A DNA stretch of 64,000 nucleotides from Candidatus Thalassarchaeaceae archaeon (GTDB taxonomy: Archaea; Thermoplasmatota; Poseidoniia; Poseidoniales; Thalassarchaeaceae): positions 102,307 to 166,306 of the forward strand of contig JBJLBP010000001.1 in the NCBI GenBank assembly GCA_045568075.1, given 5' to 3'. The translations under genes and the position numbers were made by a program. The notes beneath the pieces were generated by a model, which searched no databases, was not told the origin of the DNA, and saw only the letters and a list, made by a program, of their open reading frames with translations. Positions 28,011 through 37,412 of the stretch are shown in pieces. The stretch's first letter is position 1. Each line of letters opens with the position of its first letter.

Positions 28011-28643
28011 AAAATCGCCGGCTGCGAGCCTGTCTAGAACCTCAGGATAGAGGACATGCTCGACTCTTTTGATGCGTTCTTGAAGATCGCTGAGAGTATC
28101 TTCGGACTGAATCGATACCTCTCGCTGGGCTAGAATATGTCCGCTATCAACACCCTCATCCACTAGATGAACTGTGCATCCCGAGACTGTTGCACCATCG
28201 GCAAGAGCGTCTCGATGGGCGTGGGCGCCTGGATACTTCGGTAGGAGAGAGGGGTGGATGTTGACCAGCCGCCCCTTCCAGTGTCGAACAAACTCTGGCG
28301 TTAGAATTCGCATGTAGCCTGAAAGCACAACGAGTTCGACATTCGCCGCAGTGAGTGCCTGGTGGATTTTCTCCTCATGCGCGAGTCGCCGCTCAACCTT
28401 GTCAGCCATCTCAGGAAGTGGAATACCATTGGTAGAAATTCCTCGTTGACGCCCGTGCTCGAGCCCACCGGCACCCTCTGAATCTGCAATCACAAGAACA
28501 GTCTGGTGGGCTCGGTCGCCCGAGTCCTGATACCGAAGAAGAGCAGCCAGACCCGACCCGCCTCCTGAGATTAGCACCGCCAATCGAAGCGGGTCTTCAG
28601 GAGAGGCGACGCGCGGCAGCACGTAACCCTCAGTCATGGCCAC
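28002..28643 (-). CDS. purN: phosphoribosylglycinamide formyltransferase
   Basis: LAVLISGGGSG, NIHPSLLPKYPG, SGCTVHLVDEGVDSGHILAQ. Confidence 0.9.
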   Translation of the reverse strand: MAMTEGYVLPRVASPEDPLRLAVLISGGGSGLAALLRYQDSGDRAHQTVLVIADSEGAGGLEHGRQRGISTNGIPLPEMADKVERRLAHEEKIHQALTAANVELVVLSGYMRILTPEFVRHWKGRLVNIHPSLLPKYPGAHAHRDALADGATVSGCTVHLVDEGVDSGHILAQREVSIQSEDTLSDLQERIKRVEHVLYPEVLDRLAAGDFSV

Positions 28644-28780
28644 GCGTCGAGAATCATCCGCTTGAGAATTGGGGCGCTCACACCACCTTTCTCAAGTGGG
28701 TGATTGCGGTCTTTCACGCCGCATCGACCACACTCAGTTCGCCTCTCACTTTATGTCCATAAGGCGGCGCGAGAGAGAAC

Positions 28781-29218
28781 ATGGAGCGCCTCGAGTCCGT
28801 TGACGAGGTAGTCGCGAAATACGCGAAAAAAACTACTACGTTACGTCGACGATTATATGTCGCAATAGGCTCTCTGTTCGTCGGTTTCTCGTTCATTGGA
28901 ATCTTCGTCCCTGGATGGCCGACGGTGTCTTGGATGGTGCCTGCGGCGTACCTGTTTTCCCTCTCGGATGAGCGGTTCTTCAGGTGGACTTTGACAAACG
29001 GTATTGTTGGTGACAAGGTCTTCGAGTACTACGCTAATGGCAAGACGCTTCCTCGCCACGCAAAGAATGGAATTATTGGATTCATTACACTAATGTCCGC
29101 CGTCTCGATTTACGTTGTCTCAATAGCTGGAGATCCTGGATATGGGCAGGCTACGATTGCTATCGCCTGGTTAGTTGGTGTTTGGTGGCTATGGAAGAAA
29201 GTTCCAGCCAGAAATTGA
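28781..29218 (+). CDS. DUF454 (YbaN-like) inner membrane protein
   Basis: FVGFSFIGIFVPGWPT motif and 3-4 TM helices. Confidence 0.6.
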   Translation: MERLESVDEVVAKYAKKTTTLRRRLYVAIGSLFVGFSFIGIFVPGWPTVSWMVPAAYLFSLSDERFFRWTLTNGIVGDKVFEYYANGKTLPRHAKNGIIGFITLMSAVSIYVVSIAGDPGYGQATIAIAWLVGVWWLWKKVPARN

Positions 29219-29292
29219 TTGTCGGAAAGTTCCGCTTATGGTCAAGAGATAGTACAATAAACCCTGAATTTTCTCTAGAAGTTAGGTGACGG

Positions 29293-30546
29293 TTGTTGGA
29301 CGCTAATGAGTTCATCAGAGAAGTCGAGGACTTCGATGAATTTGGCACTGAAACCGTGTTCGAAGATTACGAGTGGGAAGTAAATGAACGCTCAGGAGTA
29401 ACTCGCAAGGCCATTAACGAGTTCTGGACGAGCGCTCAAAGACAAGGCAATAGTCTGCATGAGATATCTTACCGAGCCTGTTTCAAACCACAACTCCCTG
29501 GCTTCTTCATCTCAAGACTCACGGAGGTTGGTGAGGGCGTTTACGACCCATTCATGGGAAGAGGAACTACGCTGCTCGAGGCGTTCTTGCAGGGAAGAAA
29601 GCCACTTGGCAACGACATAAATCCACTCAGTGCTGCACTACTTGAGCCAAGGATTAATCCACCCACATACGAAGATGTGGAGGCTCGGCTGAATCAAATC
29701 GATCTGGGGGTAGCAGAGGAGAGTTACCCCGAATTAGAGGTGTTTTTCCACCCTGATACGCTTAGACAAATTATTGCCCTGAAAGAATACTTTCTCAGAA
29801 GGGAATCGTCAGGTGAAATCGATAATGTCGACAAATGGATTCGCATGGTTGCAATAAACAGACTGACCGGTCATTCGCCTGGTTTCTTCTCTGTATATTC
29901 ACTACCTCCAAATCAAGCGGTGTCGATAAAGAGCCAAAGAAAAATCAACGAAAAGAGAGAGCAAACTCCTGAATCTAAAGAGATTAAACCGAGGATTCTC
30001 AAGCGAACGAAAGCATTGCTAAAAGATTGGAATGGGGCCCCACTGAATCACACTGGCCTCGATCTTTCACCATCATTGACAGTCGAGGATGCGGCCGGCG
30101 CTATGAGTATCCCGAGCTCGTCTGCAGGTCTGGTTGTGACCTCCCCGCCTTTCCTAGACGTTGTCGACTACCAAGGAGACAACTGGATGCGATGTTGGTT
30201 CTTGGGAATCGATGCTTCGACTGTTGAGATTACTGAGTTGAAGAAGCCTGAGGATTGGAAAGCAAAGATGACTGAAGTCATGCGTGATCTGAGTAGAATC
30301 CTGAAGCCCAGTGGTTACCTCGCCTTCGAGGTTGGAGAAGTCACTTACAAGAGAGAAAAGTTGCTTCTTGAAGAATTAGTTCTTGAGGCGGGAGTAGAGG
30401 CTGGATTAGAGCCAGTAATCATCATGATTAACGATCAGGAATTCACCAAGACTTCGAATGCGTGGGGCGTTGACAATCTATCGAAAGGAACCAATACCAA
30501 TCGTATTGTCATCTTTGAGAATGTTACAAATCATTTACCAAACTGA
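29293..30546 (+). CDS. DNA methyltransferase of the N4-cytosine/N6-adenine (pfam01555-like) type, permuted motif order; predicted N4-cytosine
   Basis: Motif I region PQLPGFFISRLTEVGEGVYDPFMGRGTTLLEAFLQGRKPLGNDINP near the N-terminus; motif IV LVVTSPPFLDVVDYQGDNW and RILKPSGYL near the C-terminus; SPPF (Ser) is more typical of m4C than m6A enzymes; local GC about 35-47%. Confidence 0.65.
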   Translation: MLDANEFIREVEDFDEFGTETVFEDYEWEVNERSGVTRKAINEFWTSAQRQGNSLHEISYRACFKPQLPGFFISRLTEVGEGVYDPFMGRGTTLLEAFLQGRKPLGNDINPLSAALLEPRINPPTYEDVEARLNQIDLGVAEESYPELEVFFHPDTLRQIIALKEYFLRRESSGEIDNVDKWIRMVAINRLTGHSPGFFSVYSLPPNQAVSIKSQRKINEKREQTPESKEIKPRILKRTKALLKDWNGAPLNHTGLDLSPSLTVEDAAGAMSIPSSSAGLVVTSPPFLDVVDYQGDNWMRCWFLGIDASTVEITELKKPEDWKAKMTEVMRDLSRILKPSGYLAFEVGEVTYKREKLLLEELVLEAGVEAGLEPVIIMINDQEFTKTSNAWGVDNLSKGTNTNRIVIFENVTNHLPN

Positions 30547-30997
30547 GGAATTTAGTTCTCGGAATCTTGCTGTTTTTGCCCAGATCACCGCTATGCCACC
30601 ATTGTTTCACTGTCTCATATCGAATGATCCAGTACGGCATTTCTGGGAAGCGTGTGATGTCGGTGACAAAGTATCCCTCAACATCATCGAGTTTGTCTAG
30701 GAATCCCAATTCATCGAACTTGCGCCCGGAACCTACCATGTATGAAGGACAAAAGTAGATGCCCCCCTTAGTGAGGCTTCTAACTTCCCAATTTCCGCCA
30801 TCTGCATCAATCAGGTCGAAGCCCGAGCCTTCGCTTGGGGCCAATTCTGAGCCGGGCATTGATTCGACTGCTCGGCGCTCAATTAGGAAGGAAACTCTAC
30901 GCCCATCAGTGAAGTACTTTCGAGTATCTTCTAGAGAAATATGCAACGACTCGGAAATTGCTTCCAGATCAAAAGTTAGCCAGCCGCTGGGTTGCAT
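30524..30997 (-). CDS. hypothetical 157-aa protein, candidate restriction endonuclease partner
   Basis: Convergent with and overlapping the methyltransferase 3' end by 23 nt; ATG at 30997; possible PD-(D/E)xK-like segment GFDLIDADGGNWEVRSLTK; assignment is inference. Confidence 0.4.
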   Translation of the reverse strand: MQPSGWLTFDLEAISESLHISLEDTRKYFTDGRRVSFLIERRAVESMPGSELAPSEGSGFDLIDADGGNWEVRSLTKGGIYFCPSYMVGSGRKFDELGFLDKLDDVEGYFVTDITRFPEMPYWIIRYETVKQWWHSGDLGKNSKIPRTKFLSLVNDL

Positions 30998-31035
30998 AAT
31001 TGTGGGAAATATGGGGCATTGAAAAGACTTCTTAG

Positions 31036-32628
31036 TCAGTGAAGGAAGAGCCTCTGCCCAGTGAATATCATCGCCATTCCATGCTCATCAGCAGCATCGA
31101 TTGATTCCTGATCTCGCATCGATCCTCCTGGCTGAACAACTGTAGTCACGCCAATCTCATGAGCGGTGTCAATACCATCACGGAATGGGAAGAAGGCGTC
31201 TGACACCATCATCGAACCCTTGGCTCTCTCGCCGGCTCTTCGTGCTGCAATTCGAACTGCCTCAACTCTGCTGGTTTGACCCGGCCCAACTCCTACTGTT
31301 GCAAAACCTGTCTCTGTCTGAGCAACCAAGACAATCGAATTCGACTTGACTTCGGAAAGAACAGTTGAGCCAAACCGTGCGAGTGCTACAAGGTCGTCAT
31401 TGGCTGGTGCCTTGGTGACGCAACGGACTGCTGACCAATCTACAGATGGAGGGCCTTGGACTTGGGCGACCCACCCTCCATCGAGCTGGCGGATTCTCAC
31501 CTCGTCTTCGCGTGGTGTGAAATTCTCTAGAGTGAGCATCCTTCGATTCTTCTTTTCGGAAAGGATTGCGAGTGCATCGGCTTCGTAGCCGGGGGCGATG
31601 ATGCACTCGAGGAAATGACCGCCGATTGCTTCGGCGGTCGCCTTCTCGACAACGCTCGTGAAAGCGATCACACAGCCGAATGCAGATTCGGGGTCGCTTG
31701 CAAGAGCGTTCTGCCAAGCACCAACCTGCGTTGCGTCAATTGCCGCTCCGCAGGGATTTGTGTGCTTGATGACGACGCAGCCTTGTGGGCGCGCTTCGTC
31801 GGTGTCGCGGAGCAATCCGCGTGCGATCCGAAGCGCACCATCAAGGTCGAGATAATTGTTGAATGAAAGTTCCTTGCCGCCGTGCTGCACGGCTGCGGCC
31901 AAGCCAATTGGACCCGTGGCACTGGCACCTGGATAGAACGCAGCCGGCTGGTGAGGATTCTCTCCATATCGCAGTTCTGTTCCGGTCTCGCTGGCAACGT
32001 GGATGCGGCTTGGAACGTCTGGCGAGTTGAATCTCTCATCCAACTCGCCGCTAACCGCCGCATCGTAAGCGGCAGTGGTTTGGAAGGCTTCCAACGCCAA
32101 TTGTTTGCGAGCCTCTAGGCTGACTCCTGATGGGTCGCCATTGGAAGCCTCCAATGCCCCCAACACTGAGTCATATTGCTCAGGCGAAGTTAGCACCAAG
32201 CAATCCTTGTGATTCTTCGCCGCTGAACGGATCATCGTTGGCCCGCCAATGTCAATCATCTCAATCAATTCAGCATCTGGAGCTGGCGGGTCCTTCGCAG
32301 CCACTGCTTCGAATGGGTACAGATTGACACAAACCAAGTCGACCGTGCGATATCCCAGCTCTTCGAGCATCTCCATGTCGTCTGCACGGTCGCGACGGAC
32401 TAGGATACCACCGTGTACTGCGGGATGTAGAGTTTTGACCCGTCCGTCGAAACATTCCGGATGTCCAGTGGCATCACTGACATCGATGACCGGCAAGCCT
32501 GCCTCACGCAAAGCACGCGAGGTTCCGCCCGTCGAGAGTAATTCCCAGCCAAGGGAGTTGAGGGACTTTCCAAGTTCGACAATCCCCTCCTTGTGGAAGA
32601 CGCTGAGCAGAGCGCGGGGCGCTGTCAT
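31036..32628 (-). CDS. purH: bifunctional AICAR transformylase / IMP cyclohydrolase
   Basis: MTAPRALLSVFHKEGIVELGKSL...GGTSRAL...GRVKTLHPAVHGGIL; ATG at 32628 inside ORF 31036-32778. Confidence 0.92.
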   Translation of the reverse strand: MTAPRALLSVFHKEGIVELGKSLNSLGWELLSTGGTSRALREAGLPVIDVSDATGHPECFDGRVKTLHPAVHGGILVRRDRADDMEMLEELGYRTVDLVCVNLYPFEAVAAKDPPAPDAELIEMIDIGGPTMIRSAAKNHKDCLVLTSPEQYDSVLGALEASNGDPSGVSLEARKQLALEAFQTTAAYDAAVSGELDERFNSPDVPSRIHVASETGTELRYGENPHQPAAFYPGASATGPIGLAAAVQHGGKELSFNNYLDLDGALRIARGLLRDTDEARPQGCVVIKHTNPCGAAIDATQVGAWQNALASDPESAFGCVIAFTSVVEKATAEAIGGHFLECIIAPGYEADALAILSEKKNRRMLTLENFTPREDEVRIRQLDGGWVAQVQGPPSVDWSAVRCVTKAPANDDLVALARFGSTVLSEVKSNSIVLVAQTETGFATVGVGPGQTSRVEAVRIAARRAGERAKGSMMVSDAFFPFRDGIDTAHEIGVTTVVQPGGSMRDQESIDAADEHGMAMIFTGQRLFLH

Positions 32629-32675
32629 ACAACGGCGTAGCCGCATCCGGCTTGAAGTGTTCGCGGAGGCCAATT

Positions 32676-34247
32676 TCAGTCGCCGCGAGCGCTGATGACC
32701 TGATCGATTCGAAGCATACTCATCGCCGTCTCGACTGAGGACTCTAGCCCTTCCTCGATAACCGCCCGTGGATGCCATACGCCTGGAACCTCTCCAACCT
32801 CTCCATCGGCCTTGATTCCAATAGCCGGACCGTCCTCTCGAGCAGCAGCGCGCATTTCGAGAACGGCGTCAAGCGAGTCTTTGCCAGCATTGTCGGCGAG
32901 TGTTGCCATGATTGTCTCCTGTGCGCGCGCGAAGGCATCCATAGCCAGCCGTGCGCGCCCCGACTCGTTCTCACTAGCCTTGCGAACAGCATGTGCAATT
33001 CGGGCGTGTGAGGCCCCTCCTCCAGCGAGCAGTTGTCCGTTTTCGAGAGCAATGCTGGTAGCTCGTAATGCATCGTGAAGACCTCGGATAATCTCCTCAG
33101 TAGCGGTCTCCCCAGCACCACCGATTGCCAATGTGACGGCGCCCGGATTGTTGCAATCATCGATGGTGATGATATCCTCGACTTGGTCGGTCGCCTGTCG
33201 GCGCTCCCAACGAACGCTACCAGCCAAACCGAGATCGCTCGCTTCGATATCTAACACTGAATCGAGGACTGTCGCTCCAGTCGCAGCAGCAGCATTTTCC
33301 AACTCGGATTCATCGAGTTCGGGGACGGCTAGAATTTTCGCATCTGCCAAATCATGCAGAATATCGCGGTCAATCTCGCCGCCAGCAAGAATCAGATTCG
33401 CTCCAGAGTCAATCAGCGCCTTTGCCAACTCGCTCTTTCGCTCGCTCTCAGCCTCGACGAATCCATCGAGCTGTTCTGCAGAAGTAATCTGAATCTCGGC
33501 GGTGCGAGTCATCTTGCGAATCTTGACATCGCCGCCGATAACAACTGTCCGAGCATTCACCAAATCATTCGGCAAGGAATCCATCAGAACTCGGCGGCGA
33601 ATAGCAACACCACGAATCAAATGACTATCGCGGAGTCCTCCTGAGCCGATCTTGAACATCGCTACATGCTCGGCTCCGGGCTTGTCGACGCTTTCTTCAA
33701 CCGCAGTCAAAGCGTCGCGCACCATCGGTGCGAAAATATCGATTGCAGCCTCGGTTCCCTTACCGGTCAAGGCGGTTTCAGCGACGCCTAAAAGACGCTC
33801 CTCATCGACATCAACAGCGTCGCTGTCCATCTGTTCGGAAGCAACCGCCATCGCCGTTCGATAGCCGTCAACGAGAGTAAGTGGGTGAAGTCCTTTGGAG
33901 AGTAAATTGTTGGCTTCTTCGAGAAGAGCACCACAGAGCATCATCGTCGTTGTGACGCCGTCTCCGCATGCCTCTTCCTGGGTATTGCCCATCGCCACCA
34001 TCATCTTAGCAGCGGGATGTTTGACCATCAACTCGGCTACGATTTTTGCTCCATCGTTGGTCACCGCGGTCGAACCATTGGTTTTGTAGAGCATCTTATC
34101 GAGGCCCCGTGGGCCATAAGTTGGCTTCAGAAGATTCGAAAATACGCGTGCTGCTGAAATGAGCTTTTCCTGAACGGCCGTGCCACTGGTTACGCTGGTC
34201 TCCTCACTGACCACGACCACCGGAGGCTTGCCTGCTTCCTCGCTCAT
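32676..34247 (-). CDS. thermosome subunit (group II chaperonin)
   Basis: LKPTYGPRGLDKMLY, GDGVTTT ATP-binding motif and overall Cpn60/TCP-1 architecture; probable ATG at 34247 (MSEEAGKPPVVVV) inside ORF 32676-34412. Confidence 0.85.
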   Translation of the reverse strand: MSEEAGKPPVVVVSEETSVTSGTAVQEKLISAARVFSNLLKPTYGPRGLDKMLYKTNGSTAVTNDGAKIVAELMVKHPAAKMMVAMGNTQEEACGDGVTTTMMLCGALLEEANNLLSKGLHPLTLVDGYRTAMAVASEQMDSDAVDVDEERLLGVAETALTGKGTEAAIDIFAPMVRDALTAVEESVDKPGAEHVAMFKIGSGGLRDSHLIRGVAIRRRVLMDSLPNDLVNARTVVIGGDVKIRKMTRTAEIQITSAEQLDGFVEAESERKSELAKALIDSGANLILAGGEIDRDILHDLADAKILAVPELDESELENAAAATGATVLDSVLDIEASDLGLAGSVRWERRQATDQVEDIITIDDCNNPGAVTLAIGGAGETATEEIIRGLHDALRATSIALENGQLLAGGGASHARIAHAVRKASENESGRARLAMDAFARAQETIMATLADNAGKDSLDAVLEMRAAAREDGPAIGIKADGEVGEVPGVWHPRAVIEEGLESSVETAMSMLRIDQVISARGD

Positions 34248-34308
34248 CGGCCCGCCGACCGAAGAGTCCGTCAAGAACCCTTGCGAATAGTACTGTATGC
34301 TGAATTTT

Positions 34309-35682
34309 TCAGCGTCGTCCGCGTTTTTGCTTCCTGCCGCCCTTGCGCTTTCCGCTGCCGTGCTCCCATTGCCTGCCGGAGCGAGAGCGCCATTCATCGC
34401 TGTCGTTTCCACCCCACGACTCGCGCTCGACCTTCTTTCTCAGGGCTCGAGGGAGCTCTGTTACTGATTTTACATTGAGTTTGATACGGCCCAGATCCTT
34501 TTCGAGGGAACGAATAGCATCGCCGCCTGGGCCGACCATGGCACCAATTGCTGAATCGTCGACATAGATGTCGGCAGATGCATCGGTGAGGAATTTTGCG
34601 TGAAGTACTGAGATCCCTGTGAGTCGGGTCGCCTCGCGCTTGAGTTCTTCCGCTGCGAGGCGCCATGCGGGGCTGCCGCCTTCGCCAGCTGCTCCACTGA
34701 CTGGAACTACTGCAATTTCCGAGCCGAAGGCGAACATTTCGTGAGTCAACTCGCCGCTCGGGAATCGCTTGATTTCGATGACCGGGCGGCTGAGATCTGA
34801 TTCCATTCCAGTTGGAGCACGTACTACCATCTTGAGTTCGAGAACCTCGCTTACCTTGCCCTTCTCGATGTTGATTACTGTGTCTAGAACTTGTGAAATG
34901 AGTCCGAGTTCGACCTTACCTACGAGCCTCTGGATGGCTTCCAGTGCGCTATTTGCGTGGGTCACACCGAGTAATCCTACACCGGCGAGGCGGACATCTC
35001 CGAAAATCTCGAAGTCGCGGGCTCGGCGAACCTCGTCAAAGATGACGAAATCTGGTCTGACGAGGAAGATGACTTCTGCTGTCTTCTCCAAATCACCTTC
35101 GAGGGGAGCGTATTGTGTAACGCGCTGAGGGACTTGCAAATCTCTTGGTGCTTCCATAGTCTTGACCATCGCACCCACCGTCTCGTCAAGGTGCGCTGCA
35201 ATCGCCTGAGCGAAGGTCGTCTTGCCGCTTCCTGGCTTGCCGACGACGAATACACCACGATGGTGATCAGATAGACGCCCCACAAGTTCGTCTTGTAGTT
35301 CGTAATCGCTGAGTTTGAGGTGTGCCACCGGTCGCACAACTGTGATTTCCCAAGCCTCCGAGAATGGTGGCCAAGCGCAGGTGACTCGTAAATCTCCAAT
35401 CTGCATGATTCGACAGCCCTCGCGCTCGATTTCGATGAAACAATCCGAGCGCGCTTCGTGCTGCTCAATCACCATCATCAACTCCTCAGACAGACTCTCA
35501 AGAGCTGGTTTGTCCCAGATATCCTTGGAAACTTCCTCTAACCGGAGAGCGCTGATGTGTCCGGCCTTCACTCTTGGAGGGCATTCCGCCTTCAGGAAAA
35601 CCGTAGACGCCGTCTCATCAGCGAGCAGATTCTCGAGCGAATCAGGAAGTGGAGGGTGGTCGCCGAAGGTTGCCATATTCAT
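34309..35682 (-). CDS. PIN-domain ATPase with C-terminal KH domain (PilT-family ATPase, COG1855-like)
   Basis: Walker A VVGKPGSGKTTFAQA, Walker B VIFDEV, C-terminal KH-like GAMVGPGGDAIRSLEKDLG and basic tail. Confidence 0.7.
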   Translation of the reverse strand: MNMATFGDHPPLPDSLENLLADETASTVFLKAECPPRVKAGHISALRLEEVSKDIWDKPALESLSEELMMVIEQHEARSDCFIEIEREGCRIMQIGDLRVTCAWPPFSEAWEITVVRPVAHLKLSDYELQDELVGRLSDHHRGVFVVGKPGSGKTTFAQAIAAHLDETVGAMVKTMEAPRDLQVPQRVTQYAPLEGDLEKTAEVIFLVRPDFVIFDEVRRARDFEIFGDVRLAGVGLLGVTHANSALEAIQRLVGKVELGLISQVLDTVINIEKGKVSEVLELKMVVRAPTGMESDLSRPVIEIKRFPSGELTHEMFAFGSEIAVVPVSGAAGEGGSPAWRLAAEELKREATRLTGISVLHAKFLTDASADIYVDDSAIGAMVGPGGDAIRSLEKDLGRIKLNVKSVTELPRALRKKVERESWGGNDSDEWRSRSGRQWEHGSGKRKGGRKQKRGRR

Positions 35683-35685
35683 TCC

Positions 35686-36012
35686 TCAATTGAGAACATT
35701 AACGCACCATCGTACAAACATGGTACCAGCAAAGGCAACTCCGAGAGATGCACCGATTGGGTATCCAAGCGTTCCAGTGTATACGGCGTACTGCGCCAAT
35801 GTCAGTGCGGTCACAGTCGCCATATCAAGAAGTGTTGAGTTGTCCCATCCTGACTCCTTACGGATGTGGTTTCGGCCAGTCCAAGTAAACCAGAGAAGAG
35901 CAACCGTACCGACGATTAACGCGTGGCCAACTACCCACCCCAGAGAGTCGCCGAAAGTCGCTACAATGCTGTCTTGGAAGTCTCCGAAGACCGCCGATGC
36001 GAGGTCGAACAT
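35686..36012 (-). CDS. hypothetical small membrane protein
   Basis: 108-aa ORF with 3 hydrophobic segments, 3 nt downstream of the ATPase gene. Confidence 0.4.
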   Translation of the reverse strand: MFDLASAVFGDFQDSIVATFGDSLGWVVGHALIVGTVALLWFTWTGRNHIRKESGWDNSTLLDMATVTALTLAQYAVYTGTLGYPIGASLGVAFAGTMFVRWCVNVLN

Positions 36013-36053
36013 GGAACTCCGAGCCGCCTATCGTTCTTCAATCAACGGGCGAT

Positions 36054-37406
36054 TCATTGACGGATGATGCGCCGAATCTCATCGAGATCGGCGCGTGCGG
36101 AGATGGGGGCATTTACGCGCCGTGATTCAATTCCTTCGAGTTCTCCGGCATGGTAATTCACTACTATATCGGGATCTTTCAACACATTACCTGTGAGAAT
36201 CCCGACGACGCGCTCGTCAGAACCAATAACTCCCTCTTGGACAAGACGACGAATACCTGCAACAGTGGCGCAGCTAGCCGGTTCTGCACCGATTCCTGCA
36301 GCGTCAACAAGCGCCTTTGCATCCATTATCTGGTCATCATTCACCTCTGTCACGACACCGTTCAGAGCCTCGAGGCCTCGCATTGATTTACGCCATGAAA
36401 CCGGATTTCCAATCTTGATGGCAGAGGCGATTGTATCGGCCTTCACAGGTTCGACGTTCTGGCCACCGAGCCATGCCGTATACAGCGGATTGGCGCCGGC
36501 TGCCTGAACAACAGCCAATCGTGGCAGCCGATCAATGATACCAAGTTCCAGCAGCTCGAGTAATCCCTTCGAGATTGCAGTGTTGTTGCCGAGGTTGCCG
36601 CCTGGGAGCACTATCCAGTCAGGAACTTGCCAGTCCAGATCTTGCATTATCTCGAATCCTATTGCCTTCTGACCCTCGATGCGGAACGGGTTGATTGAGT
36701 TCACTAGATAGATGCCTTCGCTCGCGCAAACATCCTGAACAAGCGCCATTGCGTCGTCAAAATCACCCTCGATTTGAATCGTCTTAGCGCCATACGCGAG
36801 CGCCTGACTTAGCTTTCCGAAAGCAATCTTACCTTCAGGGATGAAGACGATGGCGTCCAAGCCAGAAATCGCTGCATAGGAAGCCATCGAAGCAGAGGTA
36901 TTTCCTGTTGATGCGCAAGCAACAGCACTCATTCCTAGGCGTTTTGCAACGGTGATTGCAGTGGTCATTCCGCGATCTTTGAAGGAACCTGTTGGATTCT
37001 CTCCCTCATGCTTGAGCCACAGATCTTCAACTCCGACTTCGCTCCCAATCGCACTCGCATCGTACAACTGAGTCGAACCCTCGCCACGTGCTGCCGCTGC
37101 CGCCTCTAGCACTTCATCGGGTAGCGGGAGGATTAGTTCGCGGAATCGCCAGACTCCCGAACGGTCGAGAGGTGCTTTGGAGGCGAGGCGAGCATCGAGC
37201 ACCTCTCGGGTCAAATTGCACGCGGATAAGTCGTGGATTACGTCAAGCGTGCCGGAGCAATCGCAACGGTATCGTGGGTCAAGGCCGGGGTAAGTGGCAT
37301 CACACCTAACGCATGCCAGATGCCATGCAACCTCGCTACCCATCGTGGAGTCGAGTATGACGGCTTGATTTGAAACCCATCGAGCCGGACTCACCGATGC
37401 AGACAT
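36054..37406 (-). CDS. thrC: threonine synthase
   Basis: PLP-lysine motif GSFKDRGMTTAITVAKRLG and N-terminal Cys cluster; full fold-type II architecture. Confidence 0.88.
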   Translation of the reverse strand: MSASVSPARWVSNQAVILDSTMGSEVAWHLACVRCDATYPGLDPRYRCDCSGTLDVIHDLSACNLTREVLDARLASKAPLDRSGVWRFRELILPLPDEVLEAAAAARGEGSTQLYDASAIGSEVGVEDLWLKHEGENPTGSFKDRGMTTAITVAKRLGMSAVACASTGNTSASMASYAAISGLDAIVFIPEGKIAFGKLSQALAYGAKTIQIEGDFDDAMALVQDVCASEGIYLVNSINPFRIEGQKAIGFEIMQDLDWQVPDWIVLPGGNLGNNTAISKGLLELLELGIIDRLPRLAVVQAAGANPLYTAWLGGQNVEPVKADTIASAIKIGNPVSWRKSMRGLEALNGVVTEVNDDQIMDAKALVDAAGIGAEPASCATVAGIRRLVQEGVIGSDERVVGILTGNVLKDPDIVVNYHAGELEGIESRRVNAPISARADLDEIRRIIRQ

Positions 37407-37412
37407 AGCGAA

